Shown here piece after piece: positions 17,919 through 25,121 of a stretch of 25,121 nt of DNA. Each line of letters opens with the position of its first letter. Within the stretch, counting starts at the first letter, position 1. Under the pieces are notes generated by a model that saw only the letters and a program-made list of their open reading frames with translations, was not told the DNA's origin and searched no databases. The position numbers were made by a program, and so were the translations under genes. This DNA is from an uncultured Clostridia bacterium (lineage in GTDB: Bacteria > Bacillota > Clostridia > Oscillospirales > Ruminococcaceae), in the NCBI GenBank assembly GCA_945835425.1, contig CAMAJC010000001.1:1-25121 (forward strand), in the 5' to 3' direction.

Positions 17919-17951
17919 CGATTTCCGCGGGCTTATTGCCTGCGGAAATCG
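17919..17951 (+). other. Strong hairpin between the cdaR-like gene and ftsE
   Basis: CGATTTCCGCGGG-cttattg-CCTGCGGAAATCG; only a weak U-tract follows, so it is a leaky terminator or a stabilising stem. Confidence 0.5.
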
Positions 17952-18151
17952 ATTTGCTATGTTTAGGGGAAAAAATTTAATATGTTGCCTTGCTAAAAAA
18001 GGAGACATAATTGGGGAAACGCGTGTTTGGGATGTAAGAATTCTGGCGGGCACCTGAAAGCCCTGCAGAAAACATGGGGGAAATTGATCCGACCGGGGGA
18101 ATGGTCGCGGTCAATTCGGCAAAATAACCAAACCAAAGGAATGATACAAAC

Positions 18152-18844
18152 ATGATAGACCTGATCGACGTTTCATTTCAGTATGAAAATGGAACCGAGG
18201 CCTTACACAATGTCAATCTGCGTGTAAATCAGGGCGAATTTGCTTTTGTCGTCGGCTCGTCCGGCGCCGGCAAGACCTCGATTCTGAAGCTGCTGCTGCG
18301 GGAAGCGGTCGCGACTTCGGGACAGGTTATCGTCAACGGCTTCAACTTAAATAAGCTAAAAAACAGGCAGATCCCGAAATTCCGCCGCAGTATCGGCGTT
18401 GTCTTTCAGGATTTCCGCCTGATACCGGACATGACGGTGTACGACAACGTCGCCTTTGCGATGCGCGTCACCGACCAGTCCAATAAATCCATCCGGCAGC
18501 GTGTCCCGGAGGTGCTCGAAATGATGAACCTTGCCCATAAGGCAAAGCAGCATCCTTACGAGCTGTCCGGCGGCGAACAGCAGCGCGTATCTTTGGCGAG
18601 AGCGCTGATCAACCATCCGCCGCTGATCATCGCGGACGAGCCGACCGGCAACATTGACCCTGAATTTTCCTACGAAATCGTGGAAATGCTGCAGCAGATC
18701 AATAAGCAGGCGGGTACCACCATTCTGATGGTCACCCACGAGCATGAGATGGTCAAGTATTTCGGCGGCCGCACGATCAATATCGAAGAGGGCCGTGTAG
18801 TTTTCGACGATTATATTATTGGAGGGGCCAATGAGAGCGAGTAG
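18152..18844 (+). CDS. ftsE: Cell-division ABC ATPase FtsE
   Basis: GSSGAGKT Walker A, IGVVFQDFRL, LSGGEQQRVSLARA, IIADEPTGNID; immediately upstream of ftsX. Confidence 0.95.
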   Translation: MIDLIDVSFQYENGTEALHNVNLRVNQGEFAFVVGSSGAGKTSILKLLLREAVATSGQVIVNGFNLNKLKNRQIPKFRRSIGVVFQDFRLIPDMTVYDNVAFAMRVTDQSNKSIRQRVPEVLEMMNLAHKAKQHPYELSGGEQQRVSLARALINHPPLIIADEPTGNIDPEFSYEIVEMLQQINKQAGTTILMVTHEHEMVKYFGGRTINIEEGRVVFDDYIIGGANESE

Positions 18845-19736
18845 TATGCGGTATCTGGTGAAAAACGGGTTCAAAAACCTGTGGAATAACCGGATGATGA
18901 CCGTCGCTTCGGTGGGAACGCTGATCGCCTGTCTGCTGATCGTAGGCATCGCGGTGCTGTTCTCGCTGAACGTGGACAATATGGTCGAATACGTCGGCGA
19001 GCAGAATGAGCTTGTCATATTTATGGAAGCCGGGACCACCGAGAACCAGCTCAGCGAGACCCGCAGCCAGTTAAGCAAAATCAGCGGCCTGGGCGACATC
19101 ACCTATGTTTCCAGCGAAGAAGCGATGCAGTCGATCGTCGACAAATACCTCGACGGGGACGCAGGCCTTCTGGAAGGGATGGACAATGATTTTATGCCCG
19201 CCTCCTTCCGCTGCCGGATCACCGACCCGGAGATCGTTTCGGAAATCACCGATACGCTGCAGGCTCTGCCGTATGTGCAGGAGGTGGAAGCGCCCACCGA
19301 GATCACCGAGACGCTGGTCCGCCTGCGCAAGATGATCAACGTTTTCGGCGGCGCGATCATTGTCGCGCTGGTCATCGTATCGCTGGTCATCATCACCAAT
19401 ACGATCCGCGCGTCGGTCTTCACCAGACGCCGTGAGATCAACATCATGAAATACGTCGGCGCCACCAACTCCTTCATCCGGATTCCGTTCATTGTAGAAG
19501 GAATGGTCCTGGGACTGCTGTCCGCCTGCATCGCGTTTGGCCTTGTCTGGGCCGGATACAATGTTTTCCTGGACATTATCCGCATGGAGAGCACTTCGCT
19601 GATGGCCGGCGTCGTCAATCAGGTCATGCCGTTCTCTGAACTGGCGACCCAGGTGCTGGGATGCTTCCTGCTGTCCGGCATCAGCGTCGGCTGCATCGGC
19701 AGTGTATTCAGCATGAGAGGGTACCTGAAAGTCTGA
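18831..19736 (+). CDS. ftsX: Cell-division permease-like protein FtsX (301 aa)
   Basis: 4 TM with a large extracellular loop; ITNTIRASVFTRRREINIMKYVGATNSFIRIPFIVEG; RBS GGAGG; overlaps the ftsE stop. Confidence 0.95.
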   Translation: MRASSMRYLVKNGFKNLWNNRMMTVASVGTLIACLLIVGIAVLFSLNVDNMVEYVGEQNELVIFMEAGTTENQLSETRSQLSKISGLGDITYVSSEEAMQSIVDKYLDGDAGLLEGMDNDFMPASFRCRITDPEIVSEITDTLQALPYVQEVEAPTEITETLVRLRKMINVFGGAIIVALVIVSLVIITNTIRASVFTRRREINIMKYVGATNSFIRIPFIVEGMVLGLLSACIAFGLVWAGYNVFLDIIRMESTSLMAGVVNQVMPFSELATQVLGCFLLSGISVGCIGSVFSMRGYLKV

Positions 19737-19808
19737 ACAATCGCAAAAACCTCATGTAAAGCCAAAACGCTTTACATACCCGTCACCTGCAAATGGGAGG
19801 GAAAACCA

Positions 19809-21137
19809 ATGCACAAATTACAATTACATCCCCGTCTGAAACGTCTTTGCACCATTTTCCTGGCAGCTGCGATCACGATGACTGCCACGATCGGCCTGGC
19901 CGGTTACCATCCGGCAGTCCGGGCCTCTGCGGCATCCATTACCGAACTGGAATCCCAGAAAGAGGAGATCAACGCCAAGCTGGACGCGGTCAATGAAAAG
20001 ATCGACGACCTGCAGGATAAGATCGATCAGGAAGAAGCCTATCAGGCGGAGCTGACCAATCAGATCAGCCTCTATAAGCAGCAGATTCAGCTGCTGGACG
20101 AGGAGATCGAGAGCCTCGAAATCGAGATCGAAAATAAGAACGCGGAGATCGTCCAGCTGGAAGAGGATATTGACCAGCTGGAGGTCGATATCGCCGCCAA
20201 GCAGGTCGAAATCGACGAGACCTATGAGCAGTTCAAGACCCGCATGGTCGCGCTGTATCAGGCCGGCGAGACCTCTTCTCTGGCGATGCTGCTTTCTTCC
20301 AGCAGCTTTTCGGACTTTGTGACTAATGTCCGTCTGATGCAGGCGGTTTCCGCCAGCGATGAGCAGCTGGTAGACAAGCTGCGCACCCAGAAAGCTGATC
20401 AGGAAGAGACCAAGGCGCAGGTCGAGGACACCAAGGCGCAGGTTGAGACCGCTCTGATCGAAGTGCAGGAATATGAAGAATCCGTTATCCTGCAGCGCGA
20501 GGAGCAGAAGACCGCCCAGTCCAATCTGGAAGTCGCTTATTCCAAGAGTAAGTCGGCGCAGGAGGACCTGGAGGCCCTGAAGGCGCAGTATGAGGAAGAC
20601 CTGGCGGCCGCAAAGGCGCAGGATGAAGCCGTTGAAAGCGAGATTCAGGCGTTCTATGCCGAGCAGGCCAGAAAAGCTGCCGAGGCCGAAAAAGCCAGAC
20701 AGGAAGCAGCCGCAAAGGGCGAGACCGTCGAAGAAGCGCCTGTCAACACCGGAAACCTCAGCTTCCGCTGGCCGCTTCCCGGTTACAGCATGATCACCTC
20801 CGGCTACGGCCCCAGATGGGGCAGCTTCCACACCGGTATCGACATCAGCGGCGGCGGCGTCTACGGTGCGTCGATCGTTGCGGCGGAGTCGGGGACGGTT
20901 ATTCTGGCGTCCTCCCATTACAGCTACGGCAACTACGTCATCGTTGATCACGGCGGCGGATATACGACTCTGTACGCCCATATGTCCAGCATCGCCTGCA
21001 GCGTCGGCGACTACGTCTCCAAAGGCCAGACGATCGGTTATGTCGGCTCGACCGGCAACTCCACCGGTCCGCATCTGCACTTTGAGGTGCGTATCAACGG
21101 TTCCCATCAGAATCCTTCCGGCTTTGTCAGCCCGTAA
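19809..21137 (+). CDS. Secreted coiled-coil + M23 peptidase (EnvC/PcsB-like FtsEX partner)
   Basis: Signal peptide (AVRA/ASA), about 280-aa coiled coil with PcsB-like RMVALY..GETSSLAMLLSSSSFSDFV, C-terminal LytM domain with HTGID and HLH; RBS GGGAGGG. Confidence 0.9.
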   Translation: MHKLQLHPRLKRLCTIFLAAAITMTATIGLAGYHPAVRASAASITELESQKEEINAKLDAVNEKIDDLQDKIDQEEAYQAELTNQISLYKQQIQLLDEEIESLEIEIENKNAEIVQLEEDIDQLEVDIAAKQVEIDETYEQFKTRMVALYQAGETSSLAMLLSSSSFSDFVTNVRLMQAVSASDEQLVDKLRTQKADQEETKAQVEDTKAQVETALIEVQEYEESVILQREEQKTAQSNLEVAYSKSKSAQEDLEALKAQYEEDLAAAKAQDEAVESEIQAFYAEQARKAAEAEKARQEAAAKGETVEEAPVNTGNLSFRWPLPGYSMITSGYGPRWGSFHTGIDISGGGVYGASIVAAESGTVILASSHYSYGNYVIVDHGGGYTTLYAHMSSIACSVGDYVSKGQTIGYVGSTGNSTGPHLHFEVRINGSHQNPSGFVSP

Positions 21138-21169
21138 TAATCAAAACGGTACCTGCATATAACAGTAAT

Positions 21170-21211
21170 GGCCGGCGTCCCGGTTAAGAGGGCGTCGGCC
21201 TCTTTGCTTTT
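21170..21211 (+). terminator. Probable terminator after the M23 gene
   Basis: GGCCGGCGTCC/GGGCGTCGGCC (11 bp with 2 G-U pairs) followed by TCTTTGCTTTT. Confidence 0.5.
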
Positions 21212-21243
21212 CCGAAGAAAACGGCAGAAAGAAGAACGATGTT

Positions 21244-22437
21244 ATGAAACAAAATAAAACAGCCCATTGGCTGCGCAGGGGGATTGCACTCGGGACGGCT
21301 TTTTTGCTCGGAAGCGCTTTGACTCTGGCTGGCGTCTGTCTGGGTCAGCGGATTGTGGGGACGCCGGTTTCCAAGGAGGTGCTCCGCAAGCTCTCGGAGG
21401 TGGAGGAGCTGGTCGATGCGCATTATCTGTTCGATATCGACGCGGAGGAAGCGGCCAACAGCACCGCTGCCGGTTACGCTTCCGTTCTGGACCAGTACAG
21501 CATCTACCGCGACCCGACCCAGTACGAGGCTTTTCAGGACAAAAACGAAGGGGAAATGTGCGGCATCGGTGTCACGGTGGTGCAGTACGACCCGGATGCC
21601 CTGACCGTCCTGTTTTTGACCGATGATTCTCCGGCGGCAGGGCTCCTGCTGCCCGGCGACGAGATCATTGCCGTAGAGGGGGAGACGGTCGAGAGTCTGG
21701 GTTATGCGGCCGCCGTCAGCAAGGTCAAGGGCGAAGAGGGAAGCTACGTTTCCCTGACGGTCCGCCGGGATGAGCAGGAACGCACCGTTTCGGTTCAGCG
21801 CCAGGATATCGTCAACACCGGGATCTATTCGATGCGCTTTGAGGGCGTCGGCTATGTCCGGATTTCGACTTTTAACAATGCGACGCCGGACGCCTTTGCA
21901 GCGGCCGTGACCGAACTGATCGGCGACGGGGTGGACTCGCTGCTTTTTGATGTCCGCAATAACGGCGGCGGGCTGTTAAACAGCGTGACCGCCATGCTGG
22001 ATTTCCTGCTGCCGTCGGGCGACCTGGTCTCCAAGACCGATAAGGACGGCCGGACAACTGTCCTGTACACCTCGGACGAGAGCTGCATCGACCTGCCGAT
22101 GGCGGTTTTGGTCAATGAATCCACCGCATCGGCAGCGGAGCTGTTCGCCTGCGACCTGCAGGAATACGGCGTGGCGACCGTCGTCGGCACCCAAACCTTC
22201 GGCAAAGGCGTCATGCAGACGACCTATCCATTGTCTGACGGCTCCTCCCTGACCCTGACGACCGATTATTATAATCCCTCCAGCGGTCAGAATTATAACG
22301 GAACCGGCGTCATACCGGACGTTGTCCGGGAACTGACCGACGAAGAAAGAGCGGATTATGTTCATTTTGATCCGGATCATGACCCACAGCTTGCCGCCGC
22401 CCTGGACGTTCTCCGGCAGGAAGATACTGACAAGTAA
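21244..22437 (+). CDS. ctpA: S41 carboxyl-terminal processing protease (CtpA/CtpB-like)
   Basis: N-terminal TM, PDZ loop GIGV, DVRNNGGG, catalytic Ser in TASAAE, Lys in TFGKG. Confidence 0.92.
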   Translation: MKQNKTAHWLRRGIALGTAFLLGSALTLAGVCLGQRIVGTPVSKEVLRKLSEVEELVDAHYLFDIDAEEAANSTAAGYASVLDQYSIYRDPTQYEAFQDKNEGEMCGIGVTVVQYDPDALTVLFLTDDSPAAGLLLPGDEIIAVEGETVESLGYAAAVSKVKGEEGSYVSLTVRRDEQERTVSVQRQDIVNTGIYSMRFEGVGYVRISTFNNATPDAFAAAVTELIGDGVDSLLFDVRNNGGGLLNSVTAMLDFLLPSGDLVSKTDKDGRTTVLYTSDESCIDLPMAVLVNESTASAAELFACDLQEYGVATVVGTQTFGKGVMQTTYPLSDGSSLTLTTDYYNPSSGQNYNGTGVIPDVVRELTDEERADYVHFDPDHDPQLAAALDVLRQEDTDK

Positions 22438-22453
22438 TTTATCTTTACACAAT

Positions 22454-22489
22454 ATTTTCCTATGATTTTCACTAAAATCATAGGAAAAT
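22454..22489. terminator. 16-bp perfect AT-rich inverted repeat after ctpA
   Basis: ATTTTCCTATGATTTT-cact-AAAATCATAGGAAAAT; either a terminator or a protein-binding palindrome. Confidence 0.45.
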
Positions 22490-22543
22490 CCTTTCCATAA
22501 CAGCGCCTGTCCGGCATCGGCCGCGGGAAATGGGAAAAAACGC

Positions 22544-22572
22544 TTGACAGCTTTCGCGCATTATGCTATACT
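22544..22572 (+). promoter_or_regulatory. sigmaA promoter of the tyrS leader
   Basis: TTGACA-17-TATACT with extended TGc. Confidence 0.88.
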
Positions 22573-22578
22573 CATTCC

Positions 22579-22869
22579 CAGAGGCAATGAAAAGAAATAG
22601 TACGCATTTTCTGACGTGCACAGAGAGCGTCCGGCTGGTGGAAGGGCGCGGCGGGAAAATGGGGAATACCTCTTGGAGCTGCGTCCTGAACCGAAAGCAG
22701 TAGGGATTGCCGGGTCTGCCCGTTACAGCGGAAGGGAATACGGGTTCTGTTTGCAGAACGGTTCTCTGTGAGGCCGGTCATCGTGAGGTGCCGGTAAACT
22801 GAGGTGGTAACACGGATGCCATTTACTTGACATTTCGTCCTCTGTCCTTCATCGGGGCAGAGGATTTTT
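22579..22869 (+). promoter_or_regulatory. Tyr T-box riboswitch leader
   Basis: AG box AGAGAG (22622), GCTGGTGGAA, specifier TAC (Tyr) at 22667..22669, T-box TGGTAACACG (22805..22814), terminator TCCTCTGTCC/GGGCAGAGGA plus T5. Confidence 0.92.
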
Positions 22870-22907
22870 CATGCCCTGAAAAACTTTATTTATAAGGAGA
22901 GAAAACT

Positions 22908-24122
22908 ATGACCTGTTACGAAGAACTCAAAGCCCGCGGCCTGATCGCGCAGGTAACGGACGAAAAACTGATCCAGGACTTAATCGACAACGGCAAGGCG
23001 ACCTTCTACATCGGATTCGACCCCACGGCTGATTCCCTGCACGTCGGCCACTTTATGGCGCTCTGCCTGATGAAACGGCTGCAGATGGCCGGCAACCGCC
23101 CGATCGCCCTGATCGGCGGCGGCACCGCCATGATCGGCGACCCTTCCGGCCGCACCGACATGCGCCAGATGATGACCCCCGAGACGATCCAGCACAACTG
23201 CGACTGCTTCAAGAAACAGATGAGCCGCTTTATCGACTTCGGTGAAGGCAAGGCCCTGATGGTCAACAACGCCGACTGGTTGATGGACTTAAACTACGTT
23301 GAATTTATCCGCGACATCGGTTCCTGCTTCTCGGTCAACAACATGCTCCGCGCCAAATGCTACGAGCAGCGGCTGGAAAGAGGCCTGTCCTTTTTGGAAT
23401 TCAACTACATGATCATGCAGAGCTACGACTTCCTCGAGCTGTACAAGCGCTACGGCTGCAACCTGCAGTTCGGCGGCGACGACCAGTGGAGCAACATGCT
23501 CGGCGGCACCGAGCTGATCCGCAAGAAGCTGGGCAAGGACGCCAGCGCCATGACCATCACCCTGCTGCTCAACTCCGAGGGCAAGAAGATGGGCAAGACC
23601 CAGTCGGGCGCCGTCTGGCTGGACGCCGAAAAGACCTCTCCCTACGACTTCTTCCAGTACTGGAGAAACGTCGGCGACGACGATGTCATCAAGTGCATGA
23701 AGCTGCTGACCTTTATCCCGCTGGAGGAGATCGAGGAGATGGAGCGCACTCTGACCGGCGAAATGCTCAACCCTGCCAAGGAGCGCCTGGCTTACGAGCT
23801 GACCAAGATGGTCCACGGCGAAGAGGAGGCTAACAAGGCCCTCGCTTCTGCCCGCGCAGTCTTCTCCGCAGCCACCGATACGGCCAATATGCCCGCTTCC
23901 GAGATCCCCGCGGCTGAGGTCGAAGGGGAAGTCGGCCTTCTGACCCTGCTGGTCAAGGCCGGCATCGCGCCCTCTAACGGCGAGGCAAGACGCCTTGTCC
24001 AGCAGGGCGGCATCTCGATCGACGGCGAAAAGGTCACCGATCCTGCCATGAAGCTGACCGTAAAGGAAGGTATGGTCATCAAAAAAGGCAAGAAAGTCTT
24101 CCGCAAGATCGTTCTGATCTGA
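22908..24122 (+). CDS. tyrS: Tyrosyl-tRNA synthetase
   Basis: YIGFDPTADSLHVGH (HIGH), QFGGDDQW, KMGKT (KMSKS), C-terminal S4 domain SNGEARRLVQQGG. Confidence 0.98.
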   Translation: MTCYEELKARGLIAQVTDEKLIQDLIDNGKATFYIGFDPTADSLHVGHFMALCLMKRLQMAGNRPIALIGGGTAMIGDPSGRTDMRQMMTPETIQHNCDCFKKQMSRFIDFGEGKALMVNNADWLMDLNYVEFIRDIGSCFSVNNMLRAKCYEQRLERGLSFLEFNYMIMQSYDFLELYKRYGCNLQFGGDDQWSNMLGGTELIRKKLGKDASAMTITLLLNSEGKKMGKTQSGAVWLDAEKTSPYDFFQYWRNVGDDDVIKCMKLLTFIPLEEIEEMERTLTGEMLNPAKERLAYELTKMVHGEEEANKALASARAVFSAATDTANMPASEIPAAEVEGEVGLLTLLVKAGIAPSNGEARRLVQQGGISIDGEKVTDPAMKLTVKEGMVIKKGKKVFRKIVLI

Positions 24123-24220
24123 TTTCCCGGCAAAACGGACGAAACTTGCCGAAAGTGGGAGTTCTTCCTGTGAAGAATGCCGTTTTCGGAAAAATTTCCG
24201 GAAAAAAGAAGACAAAACCC

Positions 24221-24249
24221 TTGCAAAATCCCACTTTCTATGCTATTAT
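24221..24249 (+). promoter_or_regulatory. sigmaA promoter of rplS
   Basis: TTGCAA-17-TATTAT with extended TGc. Confidence 0.75.
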
Positions 24250-24313
24250 GTACTAGATATTGTTCCGCCCATGATTTTCATGGCGGAGGATATATGTTAA
24301 TCACACATTATCC

Positions 24314-24350
24314 GGACAGTCCTCTGCACAAACTGATGCACGAATGTCTG
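24314..24350 (+). promoter_or_regulatory. Probable ribosomal protein L19 leader
   Basis: GACA/TGTC stem with an internal loop (GTCCTCTG...GAA) and TGCA/TGCA cap just upstream of the rplS RBS; resembles the Firmicute rplS leader from memory. Confidence 0.55.
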
Positions 24351-24369
24351 AAATTCAGGAGGAAAAAAC

Positions 24370-24714
24370 ATGGACGCACTCAAACTCATCGCTCAGTCCA
24401 GCATGAAAGCCGACATGCCCAAGGTTCAGGTCGGCGACTACGTCAGAGTCAACGTTAAGATCCGCGAAGGCGACAAGGAAAGAATCCAGGCTTTCGAAGG
24501 CACCGTCATCGCTATGAAGCACGGCGGCATCTCTGAGACCTTTACCGTAAGACGCGTTGCACACGGCGTCGGCATCGAGAGAGTATTCCCGATCCATTCG
24601 CCCAGAGTCGACTCCGTTGACGTTCTCCGTCACGGTGTTGTCAGACGTGCAAAACTGTACTACCTGCGCAACAGAGTTGGCAAGGCAGCCAGAGTCAAAG
24701 AGAAAATCGTATAA
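24370..24714 (+). CDS. rplS: 50S ribosomal protein L19
   Basis: [51 protein letters not shown]. Confidence 0.98.
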   Translation: MDALKLIAQSSMKADMPKVQVGDYVRVNVKIREGDKERIQAFEGTVIAMKHGGISETFTVRRVAHGVGIERVFPIHSPRVDSVDVLRHGVVRRAKLYYLRNRVGKAARVKEKIV

Positions 24715-24730
24715 GAATCGCACAGAGGAA

Positions 24731-24756
24731 GAAGGGGGCGGCAGCGTCCCCTTTTT
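24731..24756 (+). terminator. Terminator after rplS
   Basis: GAAGGGGGCG-gcag-CGTCCCCTTTTT. Confidence 0.75.
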
Positions 24757-24882
24757 CTGCTATTCAGACATTTTTCATCTGCATCCGCAGATTTAGGAAG
24801 CCTCTGACCATCCTGCCGCAAAGTGCGCGGAGAGCGGAGGAATACCGGAAATATTTATAAAGGAAAGGAAGGCTTGCTCGTT

Positions 24883-25121
24883 ATGGCATCTGAGCAGAGG
24901 AGAACCAGTACCGACGAAGAAATTGACAAGATCCTTGCCGAACTGGGGATCAGCACTACGCCCGCTTCTACCGGCGGACAAGCGCCTGCGCCGGCAAAAC
25001 CGCCTGTAAGGGAAGCGGCAAAACCCAAACCTGCACCGGCACCTTCTGCGCCCGCTCCTTCCGGAGACGATGAGTTCCGGATCGACCTGGACGTATTTGA
25101 CAATATTAAAAAAGAAGAACA
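24883..25121 (+). CDS. 5' part of a protein truncated by the window end (Pro/Ala-rich N-terminus)
   Basis: RBS AAGGAAAGGAAGG, then MASEQRRTSTDEEIDKILAELGIS...PAPAKPP...EFRIDLDVFDNIKKEE, open to the window end. Not in the ORF track because it has no stop. Confidence 0.7.
   Translation, partial: MASEQRRTSTDEEIDKILAELGISTTPASTGGQAPAPAKPPVREAAKPKPAPAPSAPAPSGDDEFRIDLDVFDNIKKEE

Overview
Core-chromosome window from a GC-rich (by eye roughly 55-60%) Firmicute. Gene content, the T-box and sigmaA-type promoters point to Clostridia, probably Oscillospiraceae/Ruminococcaceae-like (inference). Gene order: alr(-), YpsA/DUF1273 SLOG protein(+), membrane-anchored M15B D,D-carboxypeptidase(+), DUF1622/EamA/MarR(-), PadR-DUF2812-membrane protein(+), whiA-rapZ-murB(-), ROK glucokinase(-), GH2 beta-galactosidase(-), G5/3D cell-wall protein(+), CdaR-type regulator-ftsE-ftsX-coiled-coil/M23-S41 protease(+), T-box tyrS(+), rplS(+) and a truncated ORF. 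No integrase, transposase, reverse transcriptase, CRISPR or RNA genes were seen. The interesting signal is non-coding: (1) a promoter-anchored, pseudoknot-capable ~95-nt leader RNA before the 3D-domain gene; (2) the ROK gene is bracketed on both sides by short diverged duplications of its own locus; (3) three types of palindromic repeat element around murB-ROK-lacZ, including GTAG-REPs with compensatory changes and a ~310-bp fold-back element; (4) WalR-like boxes before the wall-hydrolase genes and a tandem PadR operator. All calls were made by eye; no database search or folding program was run.
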